Assembly: GCA_043228905.1 (NCBI GenBank)
Contig: JBHGNT010000017.1
Location: 11,470,001 to 11,534,000 of the forward strand
Direction: 5' to 3'
Origin: Azolla caroliniana
Lineage: Eukaryota; Plantae; Polypodiophyta
Length of the DNA stretch: 64,000 bases
This document shows, one piece after another, positions 37,689 to 49,237 of the stretch (positions are counted from its first letter, which is position 1; the number at the start of each line of letters is the position of its first letter). The notes below the pieces were generated by a model. It saw only the letters and a list, made by a program, of their open reading frames with translations, had not been told where the DNA came from and ran no database searches. Position numbers and translations under genes: made by a program.

Positions 37689-38360
37689 TGTTGAGCGGAA
37701 AGCTCAATTGGATCCAGATCGGCTGAATAAGCCTGAGCCGGATCGGCATCCGGAAGGATGAGCTAGATCAGTGACCTAGTGAGCAAGTGAGCTGGTGAGC
37801 TGGGGAGCCGGTTAGCCGGATCCATTAGTAACCGGAAGCCTAGTAGCAGCTAGACTACTAGGGAGTTAATAGTCTCGTAGTCAGTGCTAGACGCTCGAGT
37901 GAGCATTGAAGTACGCGGTAGTTCTGTCAGTCCTCTCAGGACTTGTATAAATAGTGTTGTTGAGCACGTTTCATGTACAGAGAACTATTATTGTTTTGTA
38001 AGAGACTTTGAACGTTCTGCTCTCTTTGTCTCTCTCTGTCTCTCCTGAGTACTCTCTGTATTCTGTGTACTATTCTCTCTCTCTCTCTCTCTCTCTGCTG
38101 CTACGCAACCAAAACTGTTGTCTTACGCTTCTGCACATACGCTTTCACATGGTATCAGAGCGTGAGGGTTGAAGACTTCTGCAGCTGACGTTTGCTTTCG
38201 CAAGACAAACCCTACAGGTTGTGAGAACAGAACAGTAGACAGAAAGAAAAAATATGGACAAAGGTATGGCGAGTTCACTTCCTACAGAGAAGCTCCCCCG
38301 GAGCAACTACACGTCCTGGTCATACAAAATGCACCAGTACCAACTGTGGCATGGGTATTG

Positions 38361-38444
38361 TGTTGATGCAAAGTCGTCAGTGCGGAAGATCAAGAAGCAT
38401 TCGATCTCTTTTGAGTACCTGCGTATGACAGAATGTAGGTCGTT

Positions 38445-38486
<42 letters not shown>

Positions 38487-41400
38487 AAAAGACTCTTTCT
38501 TTCACAAAACAACAATACAACAGCCAACCTTACAAAAAGGTTACAAGGTCACTATATATAGTGACTGACTTAGGGCAATTACCCTTTATGCTAATTACAT
38601 AAATGGCCAAAACGGGATAGTGTGAATACGTCCATTATACACATGTATTCGACACTCCCCCGTAATGGGCGTATACATGGGTTATCTAAGATTACAGGTA
38701 TAGACTTGGGTTCTCGGACATATCAGCTTTGTTCGAGTCGGCAGGATCCGAAAGCAGAAGACCGAACTGGTCGGGTCGGAACAGTTGAAGCCGATCATTA
38801 AGGAACTGATGTCGGTTGTCGGGAACCATCCTGCTCTGTGTCCGGCTCTAAACGGACTGGTTTGTCGTTACGCCCATCTGATGCCGAAGAGACCGAAAAC
38901 GGTCTGCCGAAAGACACTTGGTCATTCCATCTGCGACATTGTCGGTTGTGGATATTTTCTCTAGACCGATTTTCCCTGAAATGACGCAGTCCCGAACGAA
39001 GTGATATCGAACGTCGATATGTTTGGAGGCGTTGTGGTGAACCGGATTTTTCGACAAGGCAACAGCACCTTGACTGTCGCTGTAGACAACTGGAGCTGAG
39101 TCATGGTCGACTTGTCGAAACGTGTGCGCCAGCCGACCGAGCCACAAAGCTTCTTTTGCTGCGTCGGACGCAGCTACATATTCTGCTTCGGTTGTTGAGG
39201 TCGCTGTGCACTCCTGAAGTTTCGACTTCCACGAGATTGCTCCATTGCCGAATTTGAAGCAGTATCCGGTTGTTGATTTTCGACTGTCTATACAGCCGGC
39301 GAAATCCGAGTCGGTGTAACCGACTACGCCTGAGGTTCGGTTCGGACCGAAAAGAATGCCATGGTCTTTTGTGCCAGCCAGATATCTGAACACATGCTTG
39401 ACTGCGTTCCAATGCGATCGGCCAGGATTGTGCATAAATCTGCTAACGACTCCTACGGCATGAGAGATATCAGGCCGTGTCGCGACCATCAGGTACATAA
39501 GGGAGCCGACTGCCGGTGCATACGGTACCGACTTCATATCTTCCCCCTCCGGACCGGATGTCGGGCAGTCTCGCTGAGAGAGCCGAAGATTCATGGGGAG
39601 CGGGGTTGAAGCAGATTTGGCTGATTGCATGTTGAAGCGTTCCAAGACACGTCCGATGTAGTCGGTCTGAGACAAAAAAAGATGTCGTTTATCGCGATGC
39701 CGACTAATCTTCATGCCGAGTATGTGTCGTGCCGGACCGAGGTCCTTCATGGCAAACTTCAACCGCAGTTGCCGAACGAGATCGGCAAGTTCGCCCGCGT
39801 GGCGTCCAGAAATTAGCATGTCGTCCACGTAAATGATGAGGAAGATGGGTGATCCATCTTGAGCTGTGTTGGTGAAGAGACAATGGTCCTCATCGCTTTT
39901 GGAGAAGCCGATCGATTGGATGAAGTCGTCGAACTTCTTGTACCATTGTCGTGGTGCCTGTTTGAGGCCGTATAGACTCTTCCTGAGTCGGCAGACTAGA
40001 TGTTCTTGGCCAGTTGCCACGAAGCCTTTTGGCTGCTCCATATAAATTTCCTCCTCGAGATCACCATGGAGGAAGGCTATTTTAACATCTAGCTGAATCA
40101 GCTCCAAGTTATCGGCTGCCACGACGCCGAGCAGAAAACGAAGGGTTGTCATTTTCACCACTGGTGAAAAAATCTCGTCGAAGTCGACGCCATATTCTTG
40201 TCGGAAGCCCTTCGCAACTAATCTGGCCTTGTACTTTGGGGTGGTCGAATCAGACGTCTCTTTTAGTCGATAAACCCACTTGCAAGGAAGAGCACGTCGG
40301 TTCCTAGGTAATTCGACCAGATCCCAAGTCTTGTTTGCCCGAATGGAGTGCATTTCCGACTCCATCGCCAGATGCCAGGTGGCGGAATCGACAGATGTCG
40401 ATGCTTCTTCGTAAGACGTCGGTTCGCCGGCGTCGGTGAAGAAAATTCCAGGAGAGTACCTCTCCGGAGGTTGCGACAGTCTCTCGGATCGTCGAGGTAT
40501 GATTGGACTGGTCGCATCGGGTATCGTGGTCAGATGGTCCGAAAGCGAGTTGTTCTGCTGTGCCGAGTCGGAGTTGTCCGAGTCGGTAGAGTAAGGTTCA
40601 GCTACCCGTGAAGCTGACCGTGTGTTGAGAGCGGGGCCTTCTTGAAGGGTCGGCACATCGGAAAATGTTACCCTTCGGACTTCGATTGGTTTTTCGACGG
40701 ATGGGTTCATAGCCGACTCGTTGAACACAACGTCCGAACTTCGAACGATTTGCCTGCGTTCGGGGTCCCAGAGTCGGTATCCCATTTCGCCGTCGGATCC
40801 ATATCCAAGGAAAATGCATTTCCTGGACCGAGGTGCAAGTTTTCGGCGATCATCTTTCGGAATGAGGGCGTACGCCTCGCATCCGAAGATCCTCAGCTTG
40901 TCGTAATTCGGCTTACTGCCGATCCATAGTTCCTGAGGAATTTGAAGTCCTAGAGGTCTACTTGGCGACATATTGATTATGTGTACTGCCGTGAGTAGAG
41001 CCTCTGCCCAGAAGCCATCCGACAGTCCGGAGTGTTGGAGCATGGAAACTGTCCGTTCTTGGATTGTCCGATTCATTCGTTCTGCAATCCCGTTTTGCTC
41101 CGGACTGTGTGGTGCCGTAAGTTCACGTCGGATGCCGCGTTGTCGGCAGAATTTGACGAATTCTTCGGATTTGAACTCTCCCCCATTGTCTGTCCGAAGG
41201 CATTTCAGCTTTCGGTCGGTTTGATTTTCTACCATAGCGAGCCAATCGGTGAAGATCGAGAAGACCCGATCTTTGGTGCGAATTGGATAAGCCCACACCT
41301 TTCGAGTCGAATCGTCAATAAAACTGACGAAGTAAGAGGCACCGCCTAGAGACTGATGCGGCATTGGGCCACAGACGTCCGAATGGACCAAATCAAGAGG

Positions 41401-43631
41401 TCTCGTTTCTCTTGGTGCTGATGTCGGGTGTGATGCGGCTACTTGTTTGCCATACTGGCAATGCTCGCAGAATTGATGGTCCGAGAAGGAGAGTTTGGGG
41501 ATGTATCCGGCTCTAGATAGGTGCGTGATGCCGGCCTTGCTGAGGTGTCCTAATCTTCGGTGCCATAGTGATGACACAGGAATATCCACCAAAAACAGGT
41601 TACCCTCTCTGAGCGTAACATGTAACGGATACAGGGAGTGTATCTTGGGTCCTCTAGCAAGCAGGAGGTTCCCCCTGTGGAGTGTCCACCCTCCCGAAGA
41701 AAAACCGGCACGAATGCCGTCTTCATCTAGTTGTCCGACTGAGATCAATGGTCTTGAGAGCTCGGGTACATGTCGGACATTGTGGAGTACAAGTGTAGAG
41801 CCACCTGCAAGGTTGAGCTCTACTGTGCCGATTCCAATGATGTCACAGTGTTGCGAGTTGCCGACCCGAACTGAGTCGGAGTGACGGATCGTATATTGCC
41901 GAAATTGGGATCGATGAGGAGTCACGTGAAATGACGCACCCGAATCTAAGAGCCATGTGCTCGATTCTTCAGTCGTGAGCAGAACTTCTGATCCGACTGG
42001 ATTTTCGATTGATAGTATATTCGGGTCGTCCGGTAGTACATCAGCTGAGAAGCTGACATAATTGATCTCCTCATGCCGGCCACTCTTCTTGTTGTTCTTG
42101 TTCTTGAGTGCGCGGCAGTCGGCTTTGATGTGTCCGGGTTTCTTGCAATAATTGCAGATTCGGTTATCCCGTGACTGGCTCCGTCTTCGCTGATTGTTCG
42201 GCGGCCGTGAGGAATCTCTTCCTCGTATGTTCGATCGGTCTGTCGAACCTTGTACTACGTAAGCGTCGTCTGTTGAGTCTTTGGCGAAGGACTTTCTCCG
42301 AGCTGCTTCGGTCAGGATTGCGCTCGTGACTTCGGAGTATTTAACAGCCGTGGTTGACGCGTTGCACACGGTTGTGACGAAAGTTTCCCATGATGAGGGA
42401 AGGCTGCTCATGAGTATCATTGCTCTGAGTTCATCCTCGATTGCCGTCCCCTGTGACGAGATTTGGGAGCTTATGCTTTCGTACTCATTGAGGTGTGCTT
42501 GAACCGAATCGGATTCTTTCATCCGCAAGTTGTAGAGGCGCCGGATCAGAAACATCTTCGTTGCGGCGACCTTCTTTTCGTAAGTGTCCGACAGTGTTTT
42601 CCACAGTTCGAATGCTGTCGTACACGATTGCACCGTAAAGTATACCGATTCCGATAGGTGCATCCGAATCGTGGCGCGGACAATTCTGTCCAGCTTCTGC
42701 CACTCGATTGGTTTGTATCCTTCTGGAGGTTCTTCATTTTCGATGGGATCGATTTGCCCCTTGACTATGAGATAGTCCTGCATTTGTTCCTTCCAGAAGT
42801 TGAAGTTCGATCCATCGAACTTTCGGAGACTCATTTCTGACGAGCCGGATGTTGATGCCATCAAATTCGGTTTCGGTTGACGAAGCTCGGTTCGGAGTTG
42901 ACTACGAACCTTGTTGGGGTGCAGCCGGTTGGCTCACCCGATATCGTTCTAGTCGGATTTGAACCCGAGTCGGTTCGGCTTTGGATATATGTATTGTTGA
43001 ACTTGCTCGAATTGACTCCGGTGGCTTGAGGGACAGAACCGACTGGTCTTCCCGAATGTTGCCGAGTCGGAGTGAGCCCGGTTCGCTTCGGATATATATA
43101 CCGAATACCGATTATTGAAACCGATTATCTGGACCGATTCTGCTTCGGTTGACTGCAGCAACGAGAGAGACGGATCCAACTGATCCTCCCGAACGTCGAT
43201 CAGCCAGATGAAGCACGAATTGGGGTTGTTGTCTTGAGACCGATCTGCACCGAGTGGTTACAACGAGCAGCGAGCAGCGTTTAAAGACCTTTTCGGATGC
43301 CGTTTAACCGAATGGAGCACGATCGTGTCAATGTTGCACAAGGGGATTTCACCTCGAGCGGTTACGATCACAAGGAACGGAGTACAACCTGCTGGCTTAC
43401 TCCAAGCAAGATAATCTAACGCGATGAGATGCAAACCTGGTTTTTCTTCTTCTTCTCTCTTCTTCGAATGACGCAGGAAACCGAATGCAGAGACGACGGC
43501 CGACAGCGGATTGAAGGACCGACTACCAACCTCGCTCTGATACCAGATGTTGATGCAAAGTCGTCAGTGCGGAAGATCAAGAAGCATTCGATCTCTTTTG
43601 AGTACCTGCGTATGACAGAATGTAGGTCGTT

Positions 43632-43662
<31 letters not shown>

Positions 43663-43833
43663 CACAAAAGACTCTTTCTTTCACAAAACAACAATACAAC
43701 AGCCAACCTTACAAAAAGGTTACAAGGTCACTATATATAGTGACTGACTTAGGGCAATTACCCTTTATGCTAATTACATAAATGGCCAAAACGGGATAGT
43801 GTGAATACGTCCATTATACACATGTATTCGACA
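38361..43833 (-). mobile_element. Intact, very recent copia element (Tnt1/Tork-like)
   Basis: LTRs 38361-38654 and 43548-43833 appear identical except for (GA)n length. TSD TATTG, iMet PBS at 43534-43545, PPT GGGGGAG, and an uninterrupted ORF. Confidence 0.97.
38848..42861 (-). CDS. Complete copia gag-pol polyprotein (1337 aa from the ATG)
   Basis: Contains [75 protein letters not shown] and NVADGMTK. Confidence 0.97.
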   Translation of the reverse strand: MASTSGSSEMSLRKFDGSNFNFWKEQMQDYLIVKGQIDPIENEEPPEGYKPIEWQKLDRIVRATIRMHLSESVYFTVQSCTTAFELWKTLSDTYEKKVAATKMFLIRRLYNLRMKESDSVQAHLNEYESISSQISSQGTAIEDELRAMILMSSLPSSWETFVTTVCNASTTAVKYSEVTSAILTEAARRKSFAKDSTDDAYVVQGSTDRSNIRGRDSSRPPNNQRRRSQSRDNRICNYCKKPGHIKADCRALKNKNNKKSGRHEEINYVSFSADVLPDDPNILSIENPVGSEVLLTTEESSTWLLDSGASFHVTPHRSQFRQYTIRHSDSVRVGNSQHCDIIGIGTVELNLAGGSTLVLHNVRHVPELSRPLISVGQLDEDGIRAGFSSGGWTLHRGNLLLARGPKIHSLYPLHVTLREGNLFLVDIPVSSLWHRRLGHLSKAGITHLSRAGYIPKLSFSDHQFCEHCQYGKQVAASHPTSAPRETRPLDLVHSDVCGPMPHQSLGGASYFVSFIDDSTRKVWAYPIRTKDRVFSIFTDWLAMVENQTDRKLKCLRTDNGGEFKSEEFVKFCRQRGIRRELTAPHSPEQNGIAERMNRTIQERTVSMLQHSGLSDGFWAEALLTAVHIINMSPSRPLGLQIPQELWIGSKPNYDKLRIFGCEAYALIPKDDRRKLAPRSRKCIFLGYGSDGEMGYRLWDPERRQIVRSSDVVFNESAMNPSVEKPIEVRRVTFSDVPTLQEGPALNTRSASRVAEPYSTDSDNSDSAQQNNSLSDHLTTIPDATSPIIPRRSERLSQPPERYSPGIFFTDAGEPTSYEEASTSVDSATWHLAMESEMHSIRANKTWDLVELPRNRRALPCKWVYRLKETSDSTTPKYKARLVAKGFRQEYGVDFDEIFSPVVKMTTLRFLLGVVAADNLELIQLDVKIAFLHGDLEEEIYMEQPKGFVATGQEHLVCRLRKSLYGLKQAPRQWYKKFDDFIQSIGFSKSDEDHCLFTNTAQDGSPIFLIIYVDDMLISGRHAGELADLVRQLRLKFAMKDLGPARHILGMKISRHRDKRHLFLSQTDYIGRVLERFNMQSAKSASTPLPMNLRLSQRDCPTSGPEGEDMKSVPYAPAVGSLMYLMVATRPDISHAVGVVSRFMHNPGRSHWNAVKHVFRYLAGTKDHGILFGPNRTSGVVGYTDSDFAGCIDSRKSTTGYCFKFGNGAISWKSKLQECTATSTTEAEYVAASDAAKEALWLGRLAHTFRQVDHDSAPVVYSDSQGAVALSKNPVHHNASKHIDVRYHFVRDCVISGKIGLEKISTTDNVADGMTKCLSADRFRSLRHQMGVTTNQSV

Positions 43834-45792
43834 TATTGGAGTTTCGTGGAAGAAATGAATGAGGTAGCACCAAAGCCTGGACACAAGGACTTCCTGGTGT
43901 AGGAGCAAGGAGCGAGCTGAGTATTATACTGCCTCGCGTCCTGTGTGCATGATCAGATGTTCGGCTACATCAGGGATGCAAAGACGCCGAAGGAAGCCTG
44001 GGATAACCTGTGTAAGATTTTCGCCGCAAGTACCACAACCCGTAAGTTGTAGCTCCGGTAAGAGCTGAACAACATCTGACAAAAAGATATGTCGGTTACG
44101 GACTACACCACCAAAATAAAGGAGATTTGTGATGCTCTTGGGTCCATCAACATGACGGTGGATGAAGACGAAATGGTACAAATCTGCCTTGGTGGTCTAG
44201 CGCAAAGGTACGGGCCAATCCGGACAGCGATCTGCACCCGGGAGAAACCACCGAACTTCTTCGACTTGCAATCGATGCTGATGGTCGAAGAAAACCATGC
44301 GAGTGGGTCCAAGACCATTCAATCGGACAACCGGATGTTGTACACGGAGGCGGATAGGCCCCGTGGGCGTAGGGGATGACGTGGGTCGGCATGCACTGGA
44401 GGTGGTCGGCAAGAGCAAGGAAGAAGGCATAGAGAACGGGCCGACAACAGTTCTGGGACTTCCACAAGCAGGGGGAGTCAAGGCGGCGCCGGAGGCCGGC
44501 AAGACAAATTCGCCATGGAATGTTGGTACTGTGGCAAAAAGGGCCACAAAGAAAGCGAGTGCTAGAAGAAGCGCGCCGATTTGGACAGATCTGGATCCGG
44601 TAAAACAGGTCGGGAGAACCGGCAAAGCTCGCACTACACACAAGGATCGAAAGGATCTGGAACCGGGAAGACCGGTAAGGTGCCAACCTTGGTGATGAAG
44701 CACGAGGCAAATTCGATGAAGAAGACCACTTCCAAATCGGAGGAAGTATGGTATGTTGATTCCGGTGCGTCGAATCACATGACGAGCCACAAAGAGTGGA
44801 ACCGGAACAACTGGAACAACCGGGAGTTGTCGAAACCGGAGACGACACTCCTCACCCAATCGTGCATATTGGAGAAGTCCCTTTGAGCCACGTCGGACAG
44901 AGGGGGAAGCTGATGAACGTATTACACGTTCCGACTATCACGAAGAACCTAGTGTCGTTGCCTCTTAGGAACACGGTCCGTGGTCAGTCCTTCGACCTAG
45001 ACCCCAAGGTGGGTGTGGAACAACGAACAGAGCTTAATCGCACTACGTAAGGAGAGAACCTCTGTGATTCCTCTGTGTGTAAGGGGAGACGGCTACAATT
45101 GACTCCTTATCACAGGTTGCGCTTACGTACTACTACGATTACGTATCCGAGACACAGACACTGAATTAGTCGTAGCTATACACAGAAACTCAGAGAAGAT
45201 AGTATTCTATTATTAGGCGTTCTTTTACATTTCCCAAAATTTACACGCACCTCCTTAAGAGGTTTTTTTTCCCTTTATATATGCAGGGTCTAATTAGCCA
45301 TTCACGCTTCCCCGCGTGAACCGTTACATATGTTACGCTTTATATAGTTTCTTATTCCTACGCTTTTGGCCGTCGGTTACTATTCCGGCAGACAACACCT
45401 GGCAGGCCTGTGGGACAGTGCCTTTGCATGTCGGACCCATCCCGTTAATCTTCTTCCAAAATGCCCCGGATGTTCGGCTTTGTTGTGGTGTCCTCGGCCG
45501 GAGTTGATGTAGGGCCCGTAGGTGCATTGTGGTGTGACTCCTCTGCTTGGTCGGCCTGGTTTCTCCCGGAGTCGCCTTCGCCGTGTGCGGGTGGTCCGGG
45601 TACGGTGGGCTCTTCTTGAGTTCGTGGGCTGGGCTCCGCCGGTAGCGTGATTGCAATCGGCTGCTGCTCCGCCTCTATTGTTACGTCCTCCGCGGTGTTG
45701 GCCGTTTTTGTGTGTCCCTGGGAGTGGGGCGGGGATTCCGCCGGGTCCGCACTATTTTCCGCGTTTTCTGAAGATGGTGTGGGCTGGAACTT

Positions 45793-48506
45793 TTATTGGT
45801 TAATGGTTTCGCTGTTTGGTCTTGTGGGGAACTCCGCTCGTTTGTCCCCGCTATTCTCCCCCGTTGTCCTCACTGGTGATCGGACCTGAGGTTCCTCTTC
45901 TTCGGCTGTGACCGGAATTGGTGTCTCGCTGGGTTCCTCGTTTGTGTGCGTGTTGCCGGTTTGTGTGATATGGTGAAATAGCTCCTCCTGACTTTCACCA
46001 AAATCATCTAGGAGTCGTGCGAGTTCTTCGGAGTGTTGGTCTGCTAACGTGCGATAGTCTTGCGCTAGGTCCTCCCGTAAAACTGTTTCTTTTTCATCCT
46101 GACGGACTCCACGTCGCCAAATGCCGTCACTTCCTTTGTGATATAAATACCCTTCGACCAGGCAGAAGTGACGGCTTCGGACAGCTAGTTGTTTCTTCTC
46201 GTCTATTCGTAATTGTGGTGGAGGTAGTCCTGTAGTAAAAAAGTACGTCATTTCCATAAGCCATCGATCCGGAAAGGTGGATTCCGTTTTTTCTGCAAAT
46301 GTCGCTACTCGCCAGATGTGGGCGTTCGGAAAATCGTCGTCGTCTTTCTGTATTGTTTCTCCATTCTCAAGTTTGCTCAAAAAATCCGCCACTGCGTGTT
46401 GCGTCCCTGGTCGGTGCTGAATTACGAACTCGAATTCCTGGAGTAGCAGCATCCACCGCGCCAATTTCCCTATTAGGGCTTGTTTCTCTACCAAATACAA
46501 TAATGCCAAATGATCCACGTGGAACGTGAATTTCCGTCCTAGTAAATAATGTCGGAATTTATTGATGCTATAGATCATCCCTAGCGCCTCCCGCTCTGTT
46601 GTGGAATAGTTACGCTCTGCTGCTGATAATTTATGACTTGCGTAGTATACTCGCCTGTACCAGTTTGGTTCGGTGAGTTGCATTAGCGCGCTTCCTATTG
46701 CTGTGTTCGAGGCGTCGACGAACACGTGAAATGGTTTCGCCCAAACTGGAGGTTGTACTACGGGGGCCTGTGTGAGCATTATCTTAAGTGCCTCATAGGC
46801 CTTATCCTCTGTTGCAGTCCATTGGAAAGGAGTCCGATGTACGGCAGCGTGTAGTGGCGTGGCGAAGTCCGCCAAATACCGTATCATCCGACTATGCCAT
46901 CGTATTTGGCCCAAAAATTGGCTAAATGCTTTGGGTCGACCGCTATTCCTTCCTTGCTGACTATGTGGCCTAGGAGAGTCCCGCTGGTCACACCGAAGGC
47001 ACATTATGCGGGATTCAGGCTTTAGCGTGCGGTGCGGCAGCGTTCCAGGCAGAGACGTAAGTGCGAGAAATGGTCTTTTGTTCGCCCATATACTGCAAAA
47101 TCGTCTAAAAAGACTTGCATGAACGCCGGAAAGTATTCCCCAAAGATCTCTGTAATCGTTTGTTGGAATGTTGCCGGTGCTGTCTTTAGCCCGAACATCA
47201 TGACGACCGCCACATATACTCCCCAGTCTGTGACAAATGCCGTCTTCTCCTGGTCGTCGGGGTGCATGCGTACTTGGTTATAAACACTGAAGCCATCTAA
47301 GAAACTGTACATCTCATGACCTGCAACGGTGTCCAACACGCTATCAGTGAAGGGTAAGGGAAATGCGTCCGTAATGCTTACGGCGTTTAATTTCCGGTAA
47401 TCCACGCATACCCGTATTTTGCCGTTTTTCTTTGGGACAACCACTATCGGGCTAAGCCATGTCGCTTGTTTTACTGGCTGTATGAACCCAGTCCTCAGGA
47501 GCTTGTCAATTTCTTCTTTCACGCGGGTCGCGTAATTGGGGTTCATGCGGTAGCGACGCTGCTGGACAGGTTTCGCGTCCGTTGCTAAATTGATCTTATG
47601 CTGATAGAACTTGGGATCTAACCCCTTCATGTCCTCATGAGCCCACACGAACACATCTTTATATTCCGTGAGTAGTGCGATCATTGTGGTTCTCTGGTCC
47701 GGCCTCAATTCCTTTGCTATGGAGAGGAACCGGGGTTCCGATCCCGTACCCACATTCACTTCGTCGAGAGCGGAAGCGGTGACCCATCGTGAAATCTCCA
47801 TCTCCCTTTCGAACGCCGCCCGTGCTCTGCTGAGTTCCAATATGGACTCTAGGTTTGGTTCGTACGGCTCTTCGCTTGGAACAATGGACGTAGTATATTC
47901 TGCCACAGTTGCGATGACATCTATCTCGAACAGCGGAATAATCCGAGGATGTTCGTCAAGGTACGCTTCCAATTCGGCATCCTCCACCCCAGCCAACATA
48001 TTGATGTCTTCCGCATATAACGGTGTTATCCCCTTAGGTTGGGGCGTGTTGCCTTCTGTAGGAACACGAACCTTGATGCATCCCTGCAGGAAATTGATAC
48101 ACTCGTGTTGCCAGCTTTGCTTGATATTTGCTGTCTGAAGCCATGGTTTGCCCAGAAGCACTGGGTACGCTCCTAGCGCGTCCAAAGTGAGGACGACCGC
48201 CGATATGTCGAAGCGGTGTCCGCCCACGATGATGCCTATTTTGCGAATTAGTCCCAACGGCTGCACTGATCGGGTATCTGCCATGCGAAGCCAGAATGGG
48301 CATGCCTCCCATTCGGAAATGCCCAACTGTTCGCAAGTTTTCGCGCTAATCACATTGATGCCTGAGCCGCCGTCGATTACACATCCAGGGACTTCCTGTC
48401 CGTGCAATATTACTGTAATGGCCGGGTTGTGTTGATCTACCACTGGTGGTCCCTCGCTAACGTCAGTCAGGTTTGTGGCAACGCTCGCCCCGGTCATGCC
48501 CGCCAC
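45793..48506 (-). pseudogene. Gypsy protease-RT-RNase H with a frameshift and a deleted integrase core
   Basis: Motifs VIDGGSGIN, WLSPIVVVPKKNGKIRVCVDYRKLN, FLDGFSVYNQ, FLDDFAV, VFVDASN and NYSTTEREALG. Homology stops after ...ETVLRE (about 46075), where the frame joins unrelated 3' sequence. Confidence 0.9.
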
Positions 48507-49237
48507 CTATGCTTCCATGGTCTAGCGGAAACGTGGAACTAGCTGTAGCAGTTTTTCCATAGTTAGCGTGATTTCACAGCCTGTTAACACCTGCCAAATG
48601 GGGTCCGGCCCCGGTTTTTCGTTCTCTGTTCGCTTCATTGCATTCGCGGATTCCTGCCTCATACGTTTCGTATTGGTCGCGTTTGCTTTTTCCACCCAGG
48701 CTTGGGCTTGTCGTCGTACCTCGTCCTGCACAACCCAATCCGCCGTTTTCGTTTGCTGGCGTGTCGTGACTGTTGCACCTCCGCCATAATCGTGTTGACG
48801 GCGGGCCCCTTTCCCTTGCGTGCTAGGCATTGTGTGGCATAATGTCCGGGTTGCTGACAAATAAAACAGTGGATGGTTGATTCTCCCTTCTCAGCCCCAG
48901 GTGGAGTGTGCCGTTCTCCGGGCGCTACTTGCTCTTCGCGGTCCGGCCTTGTTTGTCGGGACGTACGCGATGGCTGCTATTGATTCCGTCGTTGTTCCTA
49001 GTGCCGCTCATCCCCCGAGCTTTCGTCGTAACGCCGATCATCCCTATATTGTCGAGGCTTCCCTCGATAGCCATTGATGCTGCCCCGTTTGTTCATTAGG
49101 CATTGATGTTCGTATCGCCGACCTCCTTTGGCATAACTCGGATGTCCATGATAATCCTCGTCCTCCGGGTCCTCCTCCTCGGACTCGTTGTGATTCCGGC
49201 GATTCTGGTTGTACCTGTCCTCCCGCGGGTTGCGATC

